Under the pieces are notes generated by a model. That model was not told the origin of the DNA. It made no database searches and worked only from the letters and a program-made list of their open reading frames with translations. Both the position numbers and the translations under genes were made by a program. From an uncultured Planctomycetia bacterium (lineage in GTDB: Bacteria; Omnitrophota; Gorgyraeia; CAYWPX01), in the NCBI GenBank assembly GCA_964460615.1, contig CAYWPX010000010.1, forward strand, positions 1,252 through 65,251: DNA of 64,000 nt, read 5' to 3'. This document shows positions 57,935 through 64,000 of this stretch, one piece after another (positions within the stretch are counted from its first letter, which is position 1; the number at the start of each line of letters is the position of its first letter).

Positions 57935-58981
57935 ATGCTGAACAAATTAAAAGATGACATCGGATCTGAAATCAACGCATACCTGAAATATATCGATAAA
58001 AAATATTCTTTTAATAACATATCCCCACAAATATTCCGCTATATAAAAGGCCTATTACTCCAGAAGGGCAAAAGACTGCGCCCGTCTCTTTTTATTATTG
58101 GATATTCGGGGTTTACTAAGAAAAAACCCTCGGGATTATACCGAAGCTCAATATCCATGGAACTTCTGCATAACTTCATACTCGTCCATGACGACATAAT
58201 AGACAAGTCCGGCACAAGACGCGGAAAACTGTCTATGCATAATCTGATAAATAAGCATCTAAGTAAATATAAAAATCTCAGATTCACCGGGGAAGACCTC
58301 TCTATTATTTTGGGAGACATAATATACGCCCTCGGCATATCGGCATTTCTATCTATCAATGAGAATAGAACCCGTAAAGAACTTGCCTTAAACAAACTTA
58401 TTGATGCTGCTATTTATACGGGAACCGGGGAATTTTTAGAACTTCTTTTTGCGACAAAAGACATTAAAGCCATAGATAATAACGATATTTACAAAATTTA
58501 TGATCTTAAAACTGGCATCTATTCTTTTTCAACTCCACTGGTAATCGGCGCCATGCTTGCCGGAGCAAAAAAAACCGATATAAATAGATTATTCAATTGC
58601 GGGATATATCTGGGGCGTGCATTCCAGATAAAAGATGATATATCGGACTTGATTATCAATGAACGGGGCTCCGGTTATGAAGATTCTTCGGATCTGCGTG
58701 AAGCTAAAAAAACCATACTTGTCTGGTATGCATATAAAAATACCGATAAATCCGGTAAAACAATAATTAGAAAACTTTTTAAAAAAGACAAAGTTAGCGG
58801 AACCGATATTTTAAAACTGCGTAAAATAATCATTGATTCCGGTTCAATAGACTATGCAAAAAACAGGATCGATTATTTTGTCAATAAAGGCATTACTCTC
58901 CTAAATTCTTCATCAATGCGTCAAAAATATAAAGATCTTGTCTTGAGACTTTCCGATCTGTATATCTTGAATAAACAATAA
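57935..58981 (+). CDS. Polyprenyl diphosphate synthase (trans-isoprenyl)
   Basis: FARM LVHDDIIDKS and SARM KDDISD. Confidence 0.85.
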   Translation: MLNKLKDDIGSEINAYLKYIDKKYSFNNISPQIFRYIKGLLLQKGKRLRPSLFIIGYSGFTKKKPSGLYRSSISMELLHNFILVHDDIIDKSGTRRGKLSMHNLINKHLSKYKNLRFTGEDLSIILGDIIYALGISAFLSINENRTRKELALNKLIDAAIYTGTGEFLELLFATKDIKAIDNNDIYKIYDLKTGIYSFSTPLVIGAMLAGAKKTDINRLFNCGIYLGRAFQIKDDISDLIINERGSGYEDSSDLREAKKTILVWYAYKNTDKSGKTIIRKLFKKDKVSGTDILKLRKIIIDSGSIDYAKNRIDYFVNKGITLLNSSSMRQKYKDLVLRLSDLYILNKQ

Positions 58982-59012
58982 TAAACTTTTCCGAAATTAT
59001 AAAAATCGCGTT

Positions 59013-59306
59013 TTACGGATTTTGCAGGTCCGAAAAGGAAACAGCCGGCAGATACTCGTCTATTAATGTACGCTTCCACCATGCCTTGTTTTTTTGAAGC
59101 TCAGTCCAATTCGTATAATTGTACCTGTAAAATCCGGCCCTGATAAATTTGGGCGCTTTACCCAAAAAAGGATCTGATCTTAATAATCTGATAGTCTCTT
59201 TATCCCCCATCAAAAGCTTTTGAATAAAACGCACGAACCACAATTCATGCCCATAGCTAATAACACCGCTCTCGGTAACTCTGACTGAGAAAGGAAGAAA
59301 CCACAT
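59013..59306 (-). CDS. Hypothetical protein
   Basis: ORF only; W/Y-rich; no motif recognised; in-frame stop 36 nt upstream of its ATG. Confidence 0.3.
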   Translation of the reverse strand: MWFLPFSVRVTESGVISYGHELWFVRFIQKLLMGDKETIRLLRSDPFLGKAPKFIRAGFYRYNYTNWTELQKNKAWWKRTLIDEYLPAVSFSDLQNP

Positions 59307-59460
59307 GAGCCAGTCTAACCTAAGATGATATGGCGCTATCTAGTGAGCGCTGGAATATAAGCTTTGCTATCTGAAATGTCCCAAAATACGAGTCCAAGTT
59401 TTCGCTCCTCAAACTATGCTTATATAAATATATGCCTCTTAGCTTTTTATGGGCACAGCG

Positions 59461-61148
59461 TCATTTCCTTGACGGTTCTTTCATCCGGATAAGCTCATTA
59501 CTTACTAACGATGAGATATTAAAAAAATCATTCATAAGGGGTTGGCCATATTCTTTAGGGCTGATCTTACGATTATTCAAAAAATCTGTTCTTAATATCG
59601 CCAGCTCTGCCATAGATATGCTTGAAGGCGTAGGATTATCAAAGGCTTCTGCCGGGACTTTTAAAAAATCTTCATTACGAGATTCATTCCATCCGTCGGG
59701 GCCTTTATATTGCTTCAGCTTTTCATATATCCTATTCATCTCATCGCCATATCTATTTGTCTCCTTAAATAGATATGTCAAAAATAATAACACCGATGCA
59801 TAATCTTCCAGGAATTCTTCATTCTGCCTAATAGAATTAAAAGAAGAATGATATATCCTCCCGCCAAGTGAATTTAGATTTATTAACCTATTATAAAGAT
59901 TTTCTGCTTTTAGAATGGCTCTTTTGTCTTTTAAGTTAACAAATGCCTGGACAAGCCCGATACCGGTTAAGCAATTCCAAGAGGTGCTTATTTTGCGGTC
60001 TACAAAAGGCTGTTTGCGTTTTCTCCGGGCTATCAATAATTTGTGTTCGGCATCAGGCAACATCCTATCCGCTTTTTTTATGAGATGATTTTTGTTTATA
60101 AAATTTCCTTTACCGGAAATCTGATAAATCTCCTTAAATTGCGCCAATTCAAGCGGCGTCAGAACATCCTTAAGCTCTTTTTCATCCCACAGATATTGAG
60201 CGCCTTCCTCATGTTCGGTATCGGCATCAACACCGGAATAGTAAACCCCCTCATGCTCAAATGTATACTCTAAGCAATCCAATATCTTTTGGGCCACTTC
60301 ACGATACTCCATTTTTTGGAATAACCTGTATGCTAAAGAGTATTCCCATAACGCTAATGCCTGATCATAAAGCATTTTCTCAAAGTGCGGTACAGACCAA
60401 TCTCTATCTACTGAATAACGAAAAAATCCCCCGGCAAGATGGTCATGTAGCCCCCGAGACGCATGGCGTCAAGGGTCCTAGTAATCATATCCTGAAGTTT
60501 ATTATCTCTATTAATCTCAAAATAGTAGAGCATGAACAATAAAGTACTATGGGGAGGGAATTTTGCGGTGTCTTTAAACCCGGCAAATTCATGGTCAAAG
60601 TTGCTCCACAGAATATCGATGATATCCCCTTTTTCTATTATATATGGCTTGGCTCTTGCCATATTAAAAGGTTCTATGAATTTTTTCTGTTCATCATAAA
60701 ATGTTTTGACTTTCTTAAGAATATCGAGCAAAGATGCCATTTGATGGCGCGTTTGGGAAGGAGCATAGGTAAGCGCATATATCGGATTTAGATTTGGCGT
60801 AAAAAAAATATTTAACGGCCATCCTCCCTGGATGCCGATTGAAAAGATAAAAGCCATAGAGTACCTGTCGATATCCGGCCTCTCTTCCCGGTCGACCTTA
60901 ATAGATACAAAATATTTATTAAGATAATCTGCCGTTTCTTTATCGCTGAAGGCCTCTTCGGCCATGACATGGCACCAATGGCATGTGGAATAACCTATGG
61001 ATGCGAATATAATTTTATCATCCTTACGGGCGTAAGCGAGCGTATCCAAATTCCACGGCTGCCACCATACAGGGTTATCCTTATGCAAAAACAAATAAGG
61101 TGATATAGAATCTGCCAGGTTATTTTTTTTAAATTTGGAGGGCTCCAT
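59461..61148 (-). pseudogene. Thioredoxin-domain protein YyaL/DUF255 family, split by a -1 frameshift in a G5 run at ~60436
   Basis: The N-terminal ORF (CHWCHVM thioredoxin-like motif) ends …AMRLGGYMTILPGDFF*. In the -1 frame the same DNA reads [31 protein letters not shown] and continues into the listed ORF 59461..60375. Confidence 0.65.
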
Positions 61149-61208
61149 TATGATTTATTATTTTAAATAACCTATTTTCCGTTATCGGTATAAAGTTTTC
61201 TATCCAGA

Positions 61209-61625
61209 TTAAACCTGTTCAGAAACCTTCTCCAAAATTTCACATGCAACCGATTTGCTTCCTTTAACAGCTATATCGCTCAGCGAAAGAATACCAACGA
61301 GCTTTTTGCTATGATTCAACACTGGAAGCCTGCGTATCTGTTTGGCCTCCATAACCATAGCTATTTTTTCAATCTCATCATCTTCAAAACACCACTCGAC
61401 ATTAGAACTCATTATTTCATTAACTTTTGTCGTATTCGGGTCTTTAGCTTTGGCTGTCAAGCGAATCGTTATGTCTCTATCTGTAATTACACCTATTAGA
61501 TTGTTGTTTTCGCAGACAGGCAATACCCCTATATTAAGATTCTTCATTTTCTCGGCGGCTACCTTAACCGATGCATTAGGGCCTATGAACTCAACGCCTT
61601 TTGTCATTTCGCTTTTTACCAGCAT
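61209..61625 (-). CDS. CBS-pair domain protein (start revised to the internal Met)
   Basis: Two CBS motifs. AAAAGGAGG SD 6 nt upstream of ATG at 61625, whereas the listed start at 61799 has no SD and adds an unconserved extension. Confidence 0.7.
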   Translation of the reverse strand: MLVKSEMTKGVEFIGPNASVKVAAEKMKNLNIGVLPVCENNNLIGVITDRDITIRLTAKAKDPNTTKVNEIMSSNVEWCFEDDEIEKIAMVMEAKQIRRLPVLNHSKKLVGILSLSDIAVKGSKSVACEILEKVSEQV

Positions 61626-61665
61626 GATATGCCTCCTTTTTACAACCCAGTTGAATGAAACTGGG

Positions 61666-61953
61666 TTACCTCTCTTTAAAGGTACTGCAGACAGCCTGAC
61701 TACCCGATAATTGCACATGAATATCTGGAGCGGCGCACATAAGGCAATCATTGAATTTACAGCTTTTTGTCTTGCACGCTCCGACTCCTCCCATACCATT
61801 GTTCCCGGTACATTTTATTGAAGCTGATACAAATGCATCGCAGATAGGGCCGGAACCTCCGACATTAATAGCAAAGGCATGGCAAATTCTATCTTTATTG
61901 TAAGAACACGATCCAACAACACATTCTGTCACCAAAGGCATTTTTGTAATCAT
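61666..61953 (-). CDS. Cys-rich DUF1540-like protein (two repeats)
   Basis: CVVGSCSYNKDRICHA and CKTKSCKFNDCLMCAA motifs. Confidence 0.55.
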   Translation of the reverse strand: MITKMPLVTECVVGSCSYNKDRICHAFAINVGGSGPICDAFVSASIKCTGNNGMGGVGACKTKSCKFNDCLMCAAPDIHVQLSGSQAVCSTFKER

Positions 61954-61977
61954 ATCAATACTCCTTTAATCAATAAT

Positions 61978-62472
61978 TTACTTTGATGTAATTTCTATTC
62001 TTTTATGAGTTGCGTGCGCAAGTTCTGTTTTCGGAAAAGCAATTTTAAGAATTCCTTTTTCATAAGTGGCTTTAGGCTTGGCAATATTGGCATAATTCGG
62101 GAGGCTTATGGATCTTGAAAAAGCACCCAGATACTGCTCCTTATGGAAAAAGTTCTTCTTCTTGTCCTCTTTTGTCTCTTTTTTATCGCCGGATATGGTG
62201 AGTATGTTATTATCGACCTTTATATTCACGTCTTTTTTATCACAACCCGGAATATCGGCCTCAACAATCACTTCTTTATTTGTTTCATACATATCAACAG
62301 CCGGTTTAAAGCCTTCAAAATCTTTTTTTAACATAGAGGGCAATCCCGTCAGGAAAGAATGTCCCGAAAAAAAGCTTTCAAACTGCTTGTCGATAGAATT
62401 TTTGAACATAAGCATATCATTTATTGACGGTTCATGTTTTACCGGCCAGAATTTTTTGTTCTCTTTTGCCAT
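61978..62472 (-). CDS. Hsp20/alpha-crystallin small heat-shock protein
   Basis: PAVDMYETNKEVIVEADIPGCDKKDVNIKVDNNILTISG…GILKIAFPK. Confidence 0.9.
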   Translation of the reverse strand: MAKENKKFWPVKHEPSINDMLMFKNSIDKQFESFFSGHSFLTGLPSMLKKDFEGFKPAVDMYETNKEVIVEADIPGCDKKDVNIKVDNNILTISGDKKETKEDKKKNFFHKEQYLGAFSRSISLPNYANIAKPKATYEKGILKIAFPKTELAHATHKRIEITSK

Positions 62473-62533
62473 AAAAGTGCCTCTCTTATAAACTTTATGA
62501 TATTAGTATTTTATGACCCTTTTGTTTATTCTA

Positions 62534-62617
62534 GGCAGACTTTCCTGTTTCCTATTAAAAGAAAGGTCTATCCCCCAAGGACAGACTTTCCTGTTTCCTA
62601 TCAAAATGAAAGGTCAG
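62534..62617 (-). promoter_or_regulatory. Two tandem copies of a 31-35-bp palindromic element CAGACTTTCCTGTTTCCTAT(T/C)AAAA(T)GAAAGGTC immediately upstream of hsp20; candidate operator
   Basis: Direct repeat read at 62538-62568 and 62584-62615, each with inverted ends GACTTTC/GAAAGGTC. Confidence 0.45.
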
Positions 62618-62654
62618 GCACAAAATTTATTATACATTTTAATAAATTTTACAT

Positions 62655-62876
62655 TTAGCATACCTTAGACTTAATGATCCGTTCGGCTTTTACCCAGTTT
62701 TCCAAGTCCCTCCCGCTTTTTCTCCCGCTTTTTTCCCAGAGCTCCTGGGCCTTTTTCCTGATCTCGTTATTAAGCTCTTCTTCGGAACAGCAGGATGATG
62801 AAGCCATTTTATGCATTTCCATTTTTACCATTTTAACCGCCTCCTTTTTACGCCTTATGCGTTTTGTATAATTCAT
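62655..62876 (-). CDS. DUF2934 family protein
   Basis: IRKKAQELWEKSGRKSGRDLENWVKAERII motif. Confidence 0.6.
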   Translation of the reverse strand: MNYTKRIRRKKEAVKMVKMEMHKMASSSCCSEEELNNEIRKKAQELWEKSGRKSGRDLENWVKAERIIKSKVC

Positions 62877-63083
62877 TGCATAAAAATCCGTTATAATTTT
62901 ACGAAATTACCGTGAATGAGTAAATTGGCTGGTTCTGCTTATTGCTGACTTTTTTCTACTGCGGAATCATTAATAAAGATTATTGTCAGCAGGGCTTTTC
63001 TGGCGGACTGAAAACAGGCGCTTTTTGAATCCAAACAGAAATTCGAATCCGGGGTTATGCAAAGACTCGAAATAAGGCGGTAT

Positions 63084-63785
63084 TTACCTGTAAAATTCGT
63101 TAAAACGCTTTTCTGATATTTTCCAGTTTATATTTTTAAAAAAACTCTCTATATATTTTGCCCTATCAAGCCCGAAATCAGTAATATAGGCATGCTCAAA
63201 TACATCCATCACAAGTATCGGCCTCGAAGAAGTTATATGTCCGACATCATGCTCGTTAATCCATATATTTAATAGCTTCCCTGTTTTAAGCTCCCAAGAG
63301 AGCACTGCCCATCCTATCCCGCGCATTAAACCGGTAGAGATAAAATCTTCTTTCCAATCATCAAAACTTCCGAAATCCTCTGATATCTTTATATAGAGAG
63401 GGCTTTTCGCATCCAATGGAGCACTCGGGCCAAGATTCTCGAAATAGTATTCATGTAGCACCATACCGTTAAGCTCCCAGGCAAAGCGGCGTTTTAACTC
63501 GGCATATTCGGGAGTCCTGTCCTTTTTGTCCAAAATTAAGTTGTTAAGTTTTTCAAGGATATCATTGGAGTTTTTAACATAGCCTTCATAAAGCTTTATA
63601 TGATTTTTAATCAATGTATCGCTAAATATCTGCATACCGACTAAGCTGGAAAAATCTTTTGCCTTTGCGATTGTTACCGACATAGCTAACCGCTTTTCCG
63701 ATACTTTTTGCTCCTCTGCCTCCAGTATCAAAGCTCCTAGAATAATAACCGCTACGATAAACAATAAATAGGCTGCCTTTTTCAT
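63084..63785 (-). CDS. Secreted Fe/Mn superoxide dismutase family protein (divergent)
   Basis: Signal peptide; SOD blocks WELNGMVLHEYYF, GIGWAVLSW, LVMDVFEHAYITDF. Confidence 0.6.
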   Translation of the reverse strand: MKKAAYLLFIVAVIILGALILEAEEQKVSEKRLAMSVTIAKAKDFSSLVGMQIFSDTLIKNHIKLYEGYVKNSNDILEKLNNLILDKKDRTPEYAELKRRFAWELNGMVLHEYYFENLGPSAPLDAKSPLYIKISEDFGSFDDWKEDFISTGLMRGIGWAVLSWELKTGKLLNIWINEHDVGHITSSRPILVMDVFEHAYITDFGLDRAKYIESFFKNINWKISEKRFNEFYR

Positions 63786-63799
63786 GTAATCCTCCTTTT

Positions 63800-64000
63800 T
63801 TATAAGGCTTTCTCCAGGAATGATTTTATGCCTCTTGAGAATTTTTCTTTTGAATCCAAAAATGCCTCATTATGGCTGCCTCTTATCTCCAAGAATTCCT
63901 TATAAGGCGTGGCGGCACCGAATAGTTTCTGGCCCATATAAAAAGGCACTATCTCATCATTCGCACTATGTATGATCAATTTTGGGCAAGTAACATCTCT
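63800..64000 (-). CDS. Alpha/beta hydrolase, C-terminal part (N-terminus beyond the window end)
   Basis: Hand translation …IVPFYMGQKLFGAATPYKEFLEIRGSHNEAFLDSKEKFSRGIKSFLEKAL*. The stop is at 63800-63802, with a catalytic-His-like GSHNE near the C-terminus. Confidence 0.55.
   Translation of the reverse strand, partial: RDVTCPKLIIHSANDEIVPFYMGQKLFGAATPYKEFLEIRGSHNEAFLDSKEKFSRGIKSFLEKAL

Noticed and set aside
61626-61799. N-terminal 58-aa extension of the CBS protein (listed start 61799)
   Set aside because: The internal ATG at 61625 has a canonical AAAAGGAGG SD. The extension has none and overlaps the upstream DUF1540 gene, so the shorter gene model is preferred.
62990-63070. tRNA-like T-loop string TTCGAATCC at ~63040
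   Set aside because: It lacks the flanking GG/acceptor-stem complementarity and a D-arm. No cloverleaf could be drawn by eye.

Overview
This is a 64 kb AT-rich bacterial chromosome segment. It is probably from an uncultivated lineage, and I do not assign a taxon. All calls come from hand translation and motif recognition only; no searches were run.

Coding density is high. Every credible gene but one (polyprenyl synthase, 57935..58981 +) lies on the minus strand.

Gene content from low to high coordinates:
- 1..4321 (-): a giant secreted protein whose C-terminal part runs off the window start. It has a signal peptide, internally duplicated N-terminal modules and at least 50 tandem 13-residue 'GINW[SD]D' repeats (39-bp DNA period). 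The + strand ORFs of the provided track in this region are antisense shadow ORFs. Because the gene has no stop in the window, the six-frame track does not list it.
- A four-helix-bundle (23S rRNA intervening-sequence protein family) gene broken by a 62-bp palindromic insertion with 11-bp direct repeats, followed by a GIY-YIG nuclease gene.
- Two tandem secreted FGE/SUMF1-domain paralogs.
- An ExeA-like ATPase, a single-TM protein, a secretin and a TPR/coiled-coil protein.
- A tolC-macA-macB efflux operon.
- Two cspA-type genes. A consensus sigma70 promoter (TTGACA-16-TATAAT) sits upstream of the second one.
- A six-gene complex-I-like / group-4-hydrogenase-like membrane module. The [NiFe]-ligating cysteines of its large subunit are replaced (DPSFSS for DPCxSC), which marks an Ehr-type (hydrogenase-related) complex.
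- An arsenic/organoarsenical cluster: arsR, C_GCAxxG protein, TolC-like, RND pump without adaptor, unlisted 50-aa Cys-rich ORF, ArsP, ArsM, ACR3.
- A cyclophilin, a P-type ATPase and an array of two PAS histidine kinases with three receiver-only response regulators.
- PlsC, an ABC-F ATPase, a type III PLP decarboxylase plus homospermidine synthase, and pirin.
- A quinone module: rhodanese, an NDH-2::DoxX fusion, MenA-type prenyltransferase and polyprenyl synthase.
- A frameshifted YyaL/DUF255 gene, then a stress set (CBS, DUF1540, Hsp20 with tandem palindromic upstream repeats, DUF2934, secreted Fe/Mn-SOD-like protein) and a partial alpha/beta hydrolase at the right edge.

Intergenic space is littered with at least two families of GC-rich palindromic/MITE-like elements. 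One copy sits inside the Ehr operon. Related GC-rich repeat sequence occurs in-frame inside a histidine kinase.

No rRNA, tRNA or CRISPR array was recognised.
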